DNA from: the human T2T-CHM13v2.0 reference genome, Homo sapiens
Direction: 5' to 3' (one strand)
NCBI RefSeq assembly: GCF_009914755.1
Contig: NC_060942.1
Length of the DNA: 64,000 nucleotides
Notes under the pieces: generated by a model
Told to the model about the DNA's origin: nothing
What the model saw: the letters and a program-made list of their open reading frames with translations, nothing else
Database searches by the model: none
Shown here: piece by piece, positions 25,401-39,925 of the stretch
How positions within the stretch are numbered: position 1 is the first letter of the stretch
How the letters are laid out: every line of letters begins with the position of its first letter
Position numbers and translations under genes: made by a program

Positions 25401-25890
25401 AGGTACCTAGAGACAGAAATAAACATAGCCGATTCCTCCATAAAATTTTCCATGAAATATTTTAAACATGAGAAAAGTATAGAAAATAATTTAAAAGTAC
25501 CTACTTACTGGCTTTTTCAAAGCTTAACATTTTGCTAGATTTGTTTCAGATGTTTTAAAAACAACCGAAACACTACAGATGCAGTTGAAACCTCCTATGT
25601 GACTTTCTTTTATCCTATTCTCCTTTCTCCTCACTCCCGTGCAGCCACCATCTTGAGAGTTTGATATTGATCATTTTGTGCATGATTATGAAACTACATA
25701 TATGCATAAGAATATATATAATATTGTTTTGAATATTTTCAAATTTTATATAAGTGGTGTCAATGTGTATATCATTGGGCAAGTTGTTATTAATTCAGTA
25801 TCACATTTTTGAAATGTAATTATTGAGATATATATCACTAGTGCTCTCATTTTAATTGCTATATAGTATTCTATTATCACTATAATACAA

Positions 25891-26137
<247 letters not shown>

Positions 26138-26586
26138 TCATAACACACAAACTTGCAGAACTGTCTTAACAGTTGAACTCTCTTAACAGTTGAATGGCAT
26201 ATAAAATCTCTCAGATTTTATATGTAGAATATTGTATCATCTGGAACAAAATAAAATCCTTGTTCTATTCAAATCTTCACTACCAAATGCTATGCTTATT
26301 TCTTTTGTTTGTTTTGTTTCTTTCATTGCATTGTCTAAGACCTTTGTCACATTATTAAGCTGAAGAAGTGACAATGCCCTGTCCCTGACATTTATGGGTG
26401 TGCCTCTGAAATTTCACCATAAGGGCCACTTATCCAGCTATTGTTTTGATAGATACAACTTACTCTGGAAGTACTGAGAATTTTGCTCAAATCAAGCAAC
26501 ATATGCTAAATACATTGTATTTTTTTTTTGCATCTGAGAGTATAATTATCCCTTCAATCTCCAAATTATGTGCATTACATTAATAC

Positions 26587-26883
<297 letters not shown>

Positions 26884-26997
26884 TACATTTTTTAACATAT
26901 CCAAACATCCTTGCACTTCAGAGATAAACTCTACTTGGTTGTGATGTATTTTTAAAAATACTTTCAAATTTATTTTGTATCACTCTATTTAAGATAT

Positions 26998-27497
26998 TGT
27001 TACCCCCACCTCCCCACAGAAACTGGGATTCATTTGCCTGCCAAGTAACAAACAACTCTCCATGAGAATGCAGGTTTTGATCAAGAGGCATTTTATTGCG
27101 GTATTCTCTAAAGCAAGTGTCCCCTCCAGGGAGAGTGACAGGAGGGTTTTATGGGATGATGGAGAGGGGAGAGGGTGTGTCTTCACATGTAGGGGAGGAA
27201 TCCCATTGGTGCAGATGCAGTGAGTCTTCATGGCAGCCCAAAGGTGGCATGTTATGGTAATGAGAATATAGCTCCTCCCAGGGTGGAGACTTCAGTATAG
27301 TAATTAGGAAAAGTTCACTGGGGTTCATCTGTAAATTGCTGGCATCTGTCAGGAGCTGGTTCCAGCAGACTAGGTGGCTGCATTCCACACAGGGTTTAGG
27401 AAAAGCCGGGCTGCATAGCAAGAGGCCGTAAAACAGGCTGATTGCTCAAGTTGATTAAATTCCTATAGTCCCTGGAAACCCTCCCTGCCTGCTTACA
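26998..27497 (-). mobile_element. ERV1-class solo LTR (LTR15-like, subfamily tentative)
   Basis: ~500 bp bounded by TGT...ACA; minus strand begins TGTAAGCAGGCAGGGAGGGTTTCCAGGGACTATAGGAATTTAATCAAC; minus-strand AATAAA near 27091; near-TSD ATAT/ATAG. Confidence 0.75.
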
Positions 27498-27812
27498 ATA
27501 GTTTCTTCTAATTTTTTAATGAGTGTCCTATAACGGTCTTTTCCATTTTGGTGATAAGGTGATATTAGCCTCATAAAATGAATAGGGTTGTCATGCCCTC
27601 CTTTTTTCTAATTGAGTAGCTGCCTCTTAAACTATGTATAATCTGGAGTTTAATTTCTTTTGTTGAGGTGTTTTTTAAAAATTTCATTTTAGATGTTTTT
27701 AATTTCCAATATCTCATGCTTTTTTTATATCCAGCTATTTTTGTTTCATTTTCACTTGTTTTAGTTTCATAATTTTTATTTTTGTTTTAATAGATGTTAA
27801 TGCTTTTGGATC

Positions 27813-27813
<1 letters not shown>

Positions 27814-27878
<65 letters not shown>

Positions 27879-28154
27879 GAGAGAGACAGTGTCTTTCCCC
27901 AGTTGCCCAGGCTGGAGTGCAGTGGCACGATCACGGTTCACGGCAGCCTCAACTTCCCAGGCTTAGGTGATTTGCCTCCCATGTAGCTGGGACCACAGGC
28001 ACACGCCCCCATGCCCAGCTAATTTTTGTATTTTTTGTAGAGATGGGGTTTCTCCATGTTGCCCAGACTAGTCTCAAACTCCTCTGCTCAAACGATCCGC
28101 CCATCTTGGCCTCCAAAGTGCTGGGATTACAGGCATGAGCCACCATGTCTGGCC
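27814..28154 (-). mobile_element. Alu whose tail is a compound (TG)n(AG)n microsatellite
   Basis: TG then AG runs at 27814-27882 lead directly into the antisense Alu body ending GGCC at 28154. Confidence 0.92.
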
Positions 28155-28975
28155 TGTATCTTTTTATTTTAATTTCATCTGATGTGAATTCTGGATCAAC
28201 CTGATTTTAGTTCTTTATTGTTTTATAGTTTTGGTGTGCAGAATCATTCTGAGTGAGAGGTGTGTGTATGATTCTCTCTTATGTTGCCTCTTTATCTTTC
28301 TACGTTGCTTTCACCTGGACCCCAGGTTCAGAGTCAGACTTAGACACTATAATGACATTTCATGAGATGTCTCCTATCTTGCTTCAAGCAGCAAGACTGA
28401 CTCTGCCCCGCATCGAGCCCCTTGCATCCCCACTATCCCTCTCAGAAGTCAAACTCCCTGCTGTTGTTACCTGCTTCTAGAACCCAGGACAGAGCAGAAC
28501 TGTGGCTTCAGCCCCGCTCTTACCACTTAATGTCTCTGTTCTTTCTGATCCATGGAGAATTTTATTCTGTTCTGAACCCTAGTAATAGTTTTAACTTTGC
28601 ATTTAATATTTTATTTATCATTATTATATTTTGAGCTGAGAGGCTACATCAAATTATGAACTTCCTGCGATGCTTTGAGCGGAAGTCAACAATCACTTTT
28701 CAAGAACCACAAAGGGAAGAGAATTGAGATGCAGTAAATTGAAAGGGATGAGCGGGTGGGCTTTTGTATGTTTGTTGTTTTTTGTTTGTTTGTTTGTTGT
28801 TTTTTGTTTTTTAGTGGGGAAAACTTTGCTAGCACATATATTAAAATGGTGAAGAATTGAACATGCTGTAAACTGAGCAGCTTCTTAGACTTTAATGCAT
28901 ATGAATCACCGGAAAGTTCTTGTTAAAATGTCGACTCTGATTTAGAAGGTCAGGGATAGGTCTTGAGATTAGATA

Positions 28976-29541
<566 letters not shown>

Positions 29542-29550
29542 TAACAAGGG

Positions 29551-29632
29551 CTTAGAGCAAAGATCAAGTAGAAAGAGAAAGGCTGGAGATACTTAGAGCA
29601 AAGATCAAGTAGAAAGAGAAAGGCTGGAGATA
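29551..29632. repeat. Perfect 41-bp tandem duplication
   Basis: CTTAGAGCAAAGATCAAGTAGAAAGAGAAAGGCTGGAGATA occurs twice in tandem. Confidence 0.97.
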
Positions 29633-30329
29633 CAGGGAAGCTAGGGAACGGTTAATAAAGCAGAGTCACTGATGAGACAAATAGGTGAAGCTGGATATGA
29701 AGTATCTGCAGCCAGCCAGAGGATCAGAGTGTGCTGCTTTAGGAAGGCTGAACACAGAACCTGTGTGCCACTCTTGCTTGGTGCTGCCTCTTGGCTGTTG
29801 ACTCCCAGGATCACAATGTTAACTAAAGCCTGAAGGAGATTAAAGTGACTGAGGGAGATTTTTGCAGACATGGTGGAGCTGTACCTCCTCCACAAATGCA
29901 TCCAAATTCTGGTGTTTCAAGCTGGCTGTTTCAAGAGGCCTTACTGATCTTGACCTGGTGAGAACTGTAGAAGGAGGAGCAGTGCTTGCTAAGGTAGTAA
30001 CACCTTCCCTTCCAAGTGGTCAGTAGTTCAGCAGGAAAAAGGTCAACATGAGTTACACTATTTGGAGGAGTTCAGATGTGGCCTTTGAAAAGATGAAAGT
30101 TATTTTTATCTTTTTTTTTTTTTTAAAGCAACTGGGGGAAGCCAGAATTTATATTAAGGGATCAGGATATTTTAGGCAATTTGTATTCATGATTGTAAAT
30201 GTGTTGAGATTCAAAAAATTACATTGTTTTCATCCCATCCCAAGTTTGAAACCAACAGAGAAGTAGAAGTTAGACAGACAGAGATAAAACTTTCCCTTTT
30301 ATCAATCTTAAAAGGTAGGATGGAGAAAG

Positions 30330-31100
30330 GAAATTTTATGCTCGTGCAAAAACCTGCACAGGAACAATCACAGCAGCTTCATTCAAAATAGTAAAAACTT
30401 GGAAATAACTCATATATCCCTCAATAGGTAAATGTTCAAACAAACTGTAGCCCATACACATCACAGCCTACTACTCAGCAAGGAAAAGGGGCAAACTATT
30501 GACACACACAGAAACTTGAACAGACCTCCAAGGAATTATGCTAAGAAGAAAAAAAAAGCTAATCTCAAAAGGTTGCATACTGTATGATTCCATTAAATAA
30601 CATTCTTGAGATGACAAAATTATAGAGGTAGAAAACAAATTAGTAGTTGCCAGGGGGTGGTGGGTACTGCTAAAGGGGGTAGAAAGAGGGCACCTTGTGG
30701 TGATGAAGCAGTTCTGGATATGGATTTTGGTGACGTGTACACATTCTATGTGATCAAATTGTGCAGAATTATACGTCCACACACAGGAGTGCATGTAATA
30801 CTGGTAAAATCCAAGCTCTGTGGACACTATACCAATGTCAATGTCAGTTTCTTGGTTTTGCTATGGAACAATGGCTGTTCAAGGTGTTACCACTGGGGAG
30901 GCTGGTAAAGGGCACACAAGGCTTCCCTGTACATATATATATATATATAAAATATATATAAGTATTTATATTTTATATATCTATATATAAATAGATATAT
31001 ATAATATATAATATATAAAATATTTAATATATAATATTTAATTTCCCATGAGTCTACAATTTTTTCAAAATAAGTTAAGCTTAAATTTTACATTAAAAAT
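30330..31100 (+). mobile_element. L1MC/L1MD 3' end with (TA)n low-complexity tract (30932-31040)
   Basis: 'AAAACCTGCACAGG...CAAAAGGTTGCATACTGTATGATTCC...GTTACCACTGGGGAGGCTGGTAAAGGG'. Confidence 0.8.
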
Positions 31101-31588
31101 TGCACACATAATCAAAAGGAAAACAACAAAGTAGGAAAATATTTGCAACAAATACAATCAAAAATCTTTTAATATAAAAAGAGCTCCTACAAATCCTTTA
31201 GAATATCTCAATCCCTCTACCCACCTACCATGGAAATGTGAGTTAAATATGTAACTAGGGAATTCACAAAACAAAATAATAACAATAAATTACCTAGAGA
31301 CATTTAAAAATCTTTAATTTCACAAAGAACTATCAAGGAAAAGATCAATGTATCACTTGCAACCTACAAAATAAGATATCATTTTTTAATGTTTATTAAA
31401 AAACAAATTCTTCGTTTCCACTTTTATTAATATTTATAGTGTTAGTATCAAAATATGGGTATGCTCATAATAGCGGTGTAAACTGGTACAAACTTTCAAG
31501 AAAGCATCTTGCAAAATACTCAAAAGATGTTTCAGATTTTTTTGTAAAAAAAAGAATAAGTAGCTAGAATGGATGGTATTGCTTAGAG

Positions 31589-31778
31589 CAATGGTTCTCA
31601 AAGTATGGGGTCCCTGAATCAGCAACATCAGCATCATCTGAATACTTGTTAAAATCCAGACTCTTGGTCCATATCCCATAGCTACTGAATAAGGCTATCT
31701 GGAATTGGGTTTAGTAATCTATCATTTAACAAATCCTCCAGGTGATTCCCATGCATGCTCAAATTGGTGAGCCACTGG
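31589..31778. mobile_element. MER5A DNA-transposon MITE
   Basis: CAATGGTTCTCAAAGT...GAGCCACTG termini and 'CAGCATCATCTG..ACTTGTTAAAAT'. Confidence 0.8.
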
Positions 31779-31992
31779 CATAAAGTAAGAACTACAACAA
31801 TAGGACTGAATGCTCTAGAGTAAATCCTTCAGTGTAGATAAAGGAAGACAAGAGATAAGTGTTGTCTCCAACAGTGACCTCTGAGAAGTTTCTTAGTGCA
31901 GAACAAATCCCAAATGATGGATCTATCATTGCACCTGTGCACCAGTGCAACATAAATGTAGTGTTACGGGGAAACCCAGCTCACTCTTTCAC

Positions 31993-32304
<312 letters not shown>

Positions 32305-32665
32305 CTAGCTCACTCTTTAATCCCATCTTGAACTTCCAGAGAAGCGAAGCCTCTTCTAATTCCCCCAGGGCACAGTTTATGTCCTTTCTCTTTAAGTTAA
32401 AATCTTTGTTTCCACCTCTATTATCAATTGCCTTGTATTAGTTTATTTACATATCTGTTTATTCATTAGACAATAAATGCCTACCTTTATTTTTGAATCC
32501 TATTTACAGCTGTGCTTGAAAAAATAGCAGATAAATATTTGTTGAACTAATGAATACATGTGAAAAGTAGCAATTACTTCTGACTGCAAAAAATAAGGGG
32601 AGGCTTCTGAGAGCATTAGACTTTGAGATGATCTTAATAATTTTTGTTATTACAAAACTTACAAA

Positions 32666-32935
32666 TCCCAGCATTTTGGGCGTCCAAGATAAGAGCATCA
32701 CATTAGCCCAGGAGTTTGAGACCAACCTGGGCACATAATGAGACCCCATCTCTACAAAAAAATTTAAAAATAAAAATTATCTAGGCATGATGGTGCACAC
32801 ACCTTTAGTACTAGCTACTCCGGAGGCTAAGGTGGGATGATCGCTTAAGTCTAGTAGTTCAAGACCACAGGATCATGACACTGCACTCTAGCCTGGGCAA
32901 CAAGCAAGACTCTGTCTCAAAAAAAAAAAAAAAAA
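32666..32935 (+). mobile_element. Alu (AluJ-like), 5'-truncated
   Basis: Diverged dimer ending in poly(A). Confidence 0.88.
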
Positions 32936-33124
32936 TACTGTCTTTTGGGGAAAAAAATAATTGTACATGTGAAACAATAAACATAAAAACTGATGTATGT
33001 GTTTAGGGGAGCTTAATTTGAAATGCATCAAAACTGTGATAGATGAGAGATATGTAGAGGAATGGATGAATATATGATAAAAACAAGTATGGTAAAATTA
33101 GTAACATTAATGGTACAGTCTAGG

Positions 33125-33317
33125 TTGCAGGTCAGGACATGCTTGTTTTATAAATAAAGTTTTATTAGAACATACCTATATGCCCACTCATTTACATACA
33201 GTCTATGGTGCATTTGCACTACACTGCTGCATAGCTGCAACAGAGACTATATGTCCAGCAAAGGCTAAAAGATTTACTATTCAACCCTTTAAAGAAAAAG
33301 TTTTCTCATATCTGTCC
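33125..33317. mobile_element. MER58A-like hAT MITE
   Basis: 'AAATAAAGTTTTATTAGAACA...GCAACAGAGACTATATG...TTTACTATTCAACCCTTTAAAGAAAAAG'. Confidence 0.75.
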
Positions 33318-34039
33318 TAAGCAATGGGTATAAGCTGTATAATTCTTTTCACCTTTCTGTATGTTTGAAAATTTTAATAATAAAATGTTAGGGGGAACAT
33401 TTTAAGAACAATTTAAAGCAGAACGTGATTGAAAAGCAAATTGAACATAAGTAAATGCCAAAGGGCATTTGGACAAGATTAATAGATACTGAAATTAATA
33501 TTGATCATCTTATGAAAGAGGCAACATGGGAAGGATTGAGTGTTAATAGAATTAGAGAGAAGTGGGAGGTTTTCCAAGAGCAGTGAATAATACAAGTATC
33601 ACAGGATACATTGGGTGGGTACTTGCTAGTGTTGACTGCACCCAACCCCAACCCCCATTCATCCCACCCATGCTTTCATCTAGACAGCACCATGCAACAC
33701 AAACACACCCCATCAGTGTGTCAGTAGATCTCCAGTCATCTACACAGGAGATTTGGTTTTGTTTTTCTTGGGAGAGGTGGGAGAAGTTTTAGAGAAGAGA
33801 GAAACTGAGAAGGGGAGAAAAGCAGTTTGGGCCATGGTAATGTCTGTATGCCTTAGTTCCTTGGGCTGGTTTTGAGCCCCCCAAGAAGACAGAGTTTGAG
33901 AAGCAGAAGCTGCTTTACTGGGTCTGGTGACAGAGTGTGGTACAATTTAGGGAGGAAGGCTGCCTCTATCATCCATTCTGGGAAAAAGAGCATTTGAAGC
34001 TTTTTGGAGCATCTTAATCCAGCACATAGAATCAATATT

Positions 34040-34637
34040 GAGGTTCTCAGGAAGAAACTGGCTGTAGTGAAGATTTTCCAAGTGTGTGGTGGGCAGAAGT
34101 GATAGACAAATCAGTGCTCATGAGAACCAAAACTATCTATACCATGGACAGCCTAGACACAGAACAGAAACCATCCCTTACTGTATACAATAATGTGACT
34201 TTCTCTCTCTCTGTCTTCATTAGTGTGGCTTTGTTTTTCCAGGAGTCTCCTGCCTGGGCAAATAGTTTGATTGTTGATTAAGAATTTCCTAAAGGGGTCC
34301 TGAAAGACCCTTCAACTCTTCAGTGAAAAGTATCATCAGACCACTTACATCCTAAGATTCTTTGAATCCTATGCCTCAAAATCTTCAGCTTGCTATTCCC
34401 ACCAGAGTCTAGTCGGCTGTATCTTGATCTTTCCGCATTGCTAATTAAGGGGAATTTGAAAGACCCACCTGAAACCAAACTTCTAATTCTCAAAAAATTC
34501 CAACCTTCCCTTTCACCTTTGGAGATGCTACCAAAGCTTTATGAGGTGGAGTTCTCCCTTTCCATGGTAAGCAATCAACTCAGCTTTGTCTTATCAGCAG
34601 GCTATGTTAGTGATATTTGGGAAGCCAGCTTTCAACT
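34040..34637 (+). mobile_element. Old LTR fragment (MER21/MER77-like, tentative)
   Basis: 3' end 'GCAATCAACTCAGCTTTGTCTTATCAGCAGG...GATATTTGGGAAGCCAGC' resembles old ERVL-class LTRs. Confidence 0.4.
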
Positions 34638-35039
34638 CCAGAGAGAGAATATGAGCAATACAGAGTAGATACCATTGCTACCACTAATGAGTTTATGGGT
34701 ATCCACAACTTGGTAATTCCCAGGAATGATGGGAGTCACTTTGGGGATGGGGGTAAGACTTCTACTCACGGTTTATGCAGCTATGAAGTTTAGAACTCTC
34801 AGTGTAATTTGTGGCCCTCTTACATGAAGATCTTCATTGCCATTAGTATAAATTCCCAACTCTTTAGCACGTTTTATTACCCATATAAAATGTGGCCCTG
34901 CTCTCTTCTCAGCTATAATGCTTACGCGGCCTCCTCCCAGTTTTAACACCTAAAGTCTCATGTCCGAGAAAATCCCTAGATCCAGGCAAACTAGGACAGT
35001 CAGTCACCTTATTTCTTGTAATCTTGCCATGATTACACA

Positions 35040-35270
35040 CCAAAGGGAGCTCTAGATTCTGACAGCTCATGTTTGGGATCCTCCACTCACCAACAGGGTG
35101 ACCTTGGGCATGTCACTGAACTCATGTGTCCAGTGCCTTAGTTTACTAATTGGTAAAGTGACACTAAGAGGAGCAACTGTTTCGTGTGGTTGTTGTAAGA
35201 ATGAAATGAGATACTACTGGTGAAGATCTTTGAATGCTTGGCACATAGCAAATACTTGAGAAATATTAGT
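35040..35270 (+). mobile_element. MIR SINE
   Basis: 'GTGACCTTGGGCATGTCACTGAAC...GTTGTAAGAATGAAATGAGATA...CTTGGCACATAGCAAATAC'. Confidence 0.7.
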
Positions 35271-35392
35271 TCAAAGAATAATTGGCTAATAATATTTAGA
35301 ACAATTCTGTCTTGTTTATAACTTTGTTTTCTGGCTTAGCACCAGGACTGGCACAGAATAAACTTTAAAATATGCCTTTAAATAAATGAATA

Positions 35393-35700
35393 GGCTGGGT
35401 GCGGTGGCTTATGCCTGTAATCCCAGCACTTTGGGAGGCCTAGGCGGGTGGTTCATTTGAGGTCAGGAGTTTGAGACCACCCTAGCCAGCATGGTGAAAC
35501 CCCATCTCTACTAAAAATACAAAAACTAGCCGGGTGTGGTGGCGGGCGCCTGTAATCTCAGCTACTCAGGAGGCTGAGGCAGGAGAATTACTTGAACCCA
35601 GGTGGCGGAGGTTGCAGTGAGCCGAGGTCACACCACTGCACTCCAGCCTGGGTGACAGAGCAAGACTCCATCTAAATAAATAAATAGTAAAATAAAATAA
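35393..35700 (+). mobile_element. Alu SINE (AluSx-like)
   Basis: Full dimer; TSD AATAAATGAATA. Confidence 0.96.
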
Positions 35701-35729
35701 ATGAATAATGATTATTATCTTTTTTAATT

Positions 35730-36170
35730 TGGTTCCTCAAACATGCACTCTGTCATCTGGGAGCCTGTGCATTCTGCAGTGTTGTCTCCTCCATCTGGAG
35801 CACCCTCCACTATTCAATGCCCGACCTTCTTTCCCTGCACTTGACCTTTGGCCTATCTGCCTGGCTAACGCTTGCTAAAGTTACAGGTTTCAAATTGAGC
35901 ATCACTTCTTCTAGGAAGCTTTCCTTGAGAACCAGCTATGCCCAGACTGAGGGAGGTGATGCCACGGCCACCTGCACCCCTCATTTCTCATGGCAGCATA
36001 AACCACTCTTTATGGAGTGCTTAATATTTGGTCACCCCATAGATATTAAACTGCAAGAGGGCAGCAATCAAATGGGTCCTTTCACAATTTCTTTCCCAGT
36101 GCCGTGCACATTTTGGCACTCAAATACATGTACTTTGTAAAAAGGAAAGGAGGAAATGCATTCAATGAAT
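35730..36170 (+). mobile_element. L2 3' fragment
   Basis: 'CATCACTTCTTCTAGGAAGCTTTCCTTGA...AAACTGCAAGAGGGCAG...GGCACTCAAATACATG'. Confidence 0.6.
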
Positions 36171-37689
36171 TATATTTAATTACATTCTCCCAGCTTTGTT
36201 GGACATTTTAACAAGTTACTACACTACCTGCCTCTCACTGCAAAACAAGGCTAGCTCTCATCTCAGGGAATTCATTTTCCAGTTCTCGAACAAAACATGG
36301 GAAGCAGGAGAGCAGAGACTTGGAATAATTTCTCTATTTTATTCAAAGTAAGTTTATTTTAAAAGGCATCTAATTTGTAGAATGATTTTTCTTCTTTGGA
36401 ATTTGGTTCTAAACCTTTCTAGTCTAGCATTATACATATCGATTTTTCCTGGCGACATCACACTGAAATCTGATTAGCACCAGATTACAGTATGGCCCAG
36501 CTTTTTAAAGAGCCTTGCAAACCAAATCCTAGGCAATGGTTCAACTGATCTAAGTGGGCCTCTTCAAGGAAGCCAGTGAGCGGGGATGCTGGAGTGGCAA
36601 ACAGAGGAGTTAACTTGTGATAATACTTGCCCAAGCCTTGAAAGTCGAACATCTGCTTCTTGGCCTCAAAAGTGAAACAATCCAATAATTACAGTCCTTG
36701 GTGCTTTTTTTTTCTACCTCAGGAAACATTTTGCAACTAACTAGCAATTTCCAAAAATATGGCTCAAGCAACACATCTCCTTATCTCCTTGTGTAGGAGA
36801 GGGTGTGAGTTGTGATGAGACAGGGGCTCGTTATCTTAGGGGGCTCTGGCAAGGTGCTCTGGAGGACAGCTTTTAATTGGGTAAGCGTGTGATATCTAGG
36901 TCTGGGGCTTTGAAACTGTCTTGCAGGATAGATAGCCAAGGCCCCATTTCTAAGTCTTCTAGTTAGTACAAATTGCAATGGCAAGCCGGGTGGGCAGGAA
37001 GAGGGATGAGTGGGGAAGGAAGGCTAGTAAATAGCTTGGCATTTTCATACCCCTCTCTGGGAGCTGAGAGTTTGCTTTCGGTTTTTCAGAGATCCCAGGT
37101 TTTTGGAACCTGTTCAGGAAGAAAGACAAGAATTCCAGGTGATCAGCCCACTCGTCACTATAAGTAGCAGGTGGCCAGGTGTGGGGACTATAAATGCTGC
37201 CATCAGTCATGGCACCCAGTGATTGCACGATGGTGGGACACTACCAACAAGGCAGGCATTCTCTCTGCTTAAACCAAAGAGAAAGAAACGTTACGATTGA
37301 ATTGGATTAACTTCTGCCTTGGTGTCAGCCCCGAAATAACTTACAGGTACCCACATTCAGAGCCACATGAAATATGGATCCTTCTATAGTGACAACCGAC
37401 CTGCCTTCTGTCTTGATTTCAAGACCTTGTATCCATAGCAGTAATTCTCACATTTCAGTGAGCATAAAAATCACCTTTGAGCTTTTAAAAACTTAGATAT
37501 TGAGATTCAGCTTTGTAGTTGCCTCTTTCAGGCAGTCTTCCCTGATTTCTGAAGCCTCTCTTTTGGGCTCTCATAATACCCTAGGAAAATCAAAAACAAG
37601 GAAACTTGTCTATCTTCTCATATTGTCTTTAGAGCACTGCCTCTGACTAATATTAGCCAGCAGACATATTTGTCCCAAGATTTGTTAAA

Positions 37690-39925
37690 CTTACTCCACA
37701 AATTTACTAAGGTGCATAAAAACTTTCCAGGGGACATGCATGCAGGGATAGTTAAGGGAGATGATTTCCAAAACCTTAACTTTCCTGGGTGCCCTAAGCT
37801 GGCTCTCATTTCCCAAGTCCATTTCTCCCAAGTCACAAAGGAAAATGGAACGAACCACTTGCCCATGCCAAATCTCACTGTGGTGCATAACCCCAAAGTG
37901 TAGAAACCTGCAGGGCATGAAACAAAGAGGGGACAAGTGGAGAATGCAGACTCACGAGAGGGAGTGTTTTATGAAGGCAAACTAGGGGAGTGTCGGAAAT
38001 AAATATTGAAGGCTCATAGCAAGACTCTGTGCCTTGTCTTTCTTTTGAGAATTAAAATTCACGAGAAACACGGTTGTTTGGGGAACACTTATGTGAACTG
38101 ATAAATGAAATCAGATTTTTTCTGAAAGTGGATTTGATTTGGCTGATGAAATTGCACAATAAATGTGGGCTTTATTAGCTTACATGATGGATACTTTGTG
38201 TCGTTTTTTTGAGCTATATCTGAAGCCTTGGTGAAAAGATACTTGAAGCACTTTAAAAAACAAGAGCATTTTTTAATCAACGAGATTGTATTGGCTTAGG
38301 TGTATTGAAATTAACAGTATTTCCATTTTCTCAACTTGTTCTGAGAATAAACAAGATGCCTAAGTGGCAGAGTATCAGGTGTAATTACTAAGAGTTTTTC
38401 GATCAGACTTGGTAAAGCCTTTTTGGTATATTTCCCAGAAACTAGAAAAATAAATAACTCTAATGACTGGGTAAGGAACTCTTTTACAAGTCAGGTGGCT
38501 TCCAATTCTATGCTTTCATCACCACTGAAGAAGACTTAATCGAATTGTCAGCTGAGAGATCATTAGATGTAATTTTTGATGATAGATCCCTAAACAACTT
38601 CAAAGGAATTCAGAGAATTGAGGAATGCTACTGTAGCAAAACTCTTCCCATTCCCACCTACCTATTTATGTGAGCAAGTTTTCTCAGTGCATACGATATA
38701 AAAAGAAGAGTAGGAATCGATTATGAATACTCAACTATTAAACCAATAGGCAATATCTATCCATGGACATGAGAAAACTGGGAAAAAAGAGAAACTTCTG
38801 CATATTTTGTTAGACATGTTTTCCCCATGGATTTTGTTTTTACCATTTATATATTAAAATTATTAATATTTATACTGTATACATAATATTTTTCTCAGTT
38901 GTATACTAGTAATAATTCTAATAATAGCTCAATCCAGTATAATTTTATGAAACTATTAGGGCATATTGGTGACGTGAAATAAAAATAAACTTCAATTTTC
39001 TACACATTTTTGATGTGCGTGTGTTTGATGAGTAAAGACTTTTAAATATAAAAATATTTTAGGTTAGGGAAAAATGTCTATCAGAATTTGAGTGGAAATA
39101 TGAATTTAAGGAGAAAAGGTGTGTTGTAGAACTACATTTTGTTCAGTAAGAGTTTGTTGACTATGTTTTAAAGGGATAGTGGTGGATATTAAATTGCTGT
39201 CATGTTTAAATTCCATATGATATGCTTAAAAGAATGAATAAATTGCTTTATTTCAAAATACCTGTATTTCTAATAAGTTAGAAATGTCAATGTCTTGAAC
39301 TACTTTAAACTTATAATGCAAAATTGTAGATGTCACCTGAAAAATGTGCAAGAAAACTGTCTCAGTTATTATTTCCTGTGTAACAAACCTTCCCAAATCT
39401 TTGTGGCTTAAAACAACAATCATTTTATTTGTTCCTTACCCTGTGGATCAGGCATCTAGGCTGGGTTCAGCGGGGAGGTTGTTCTGCTGGCCTTATCGGG
39501 GATCACACATGCAGTGCAATTATCTAGCAGTGACATAGTCTAAGATGGCCTCACTTCTATGTCTGAAAGTTGATGATGGCTTTTGGCTGCTCCAAGTGGC
39601 CTGTCATTGTACAGTGTTTCAGACTGTACATCTTTATCTGGGTAAAGAGAGACACAGACCTCCTGAAGTCTGGCTCAGTCTTCCACATTTTTACTTCTCT
39701 TCATTCTAATTGCTAAATCAAGTCAAAAAGCCAGATGAGAGTCAATGGATGAGGAAATAAACTGTAGCTCATGAGAGGAGGTACTGAAGTCACATGGCAG
39801 AGGAGTGGGAGCACAGGGATGAGAGGAGTTACTTTGGCCATCTTTGCAAAACATCTACACTAGGGACATTATCTTTCAAGCTTCCTTTAGGGGCACTATA
39901 AACAAAAGTGTTTGAAGACCACAAG
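37690..39925 (+). mobile_element. Fossil hAT/Charlie DNA transposon (Charlie7-like), interrupted by MLT1
   Basis: 38639-38689 translates KLFPFPPTYLCEQVFSV, the hAT C-terminal dimerisation motif (P.STYLCE..FS); TIR-like 'TTTGAAGACCAC' near 39910-39921; no intact ORF. Confidence 0.7.
39357..39860 (-). mobile_element. MLT1 (G/H-type) LTR nested in the Charlie element
   Basis: 'GTGTAACAAACCTTCCCAAATC..GTGGCTTAAAACAACAATC...TCTAAGATGGCCTCAC...GGCCATCTTTGCA'. Confidence 0.75.
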
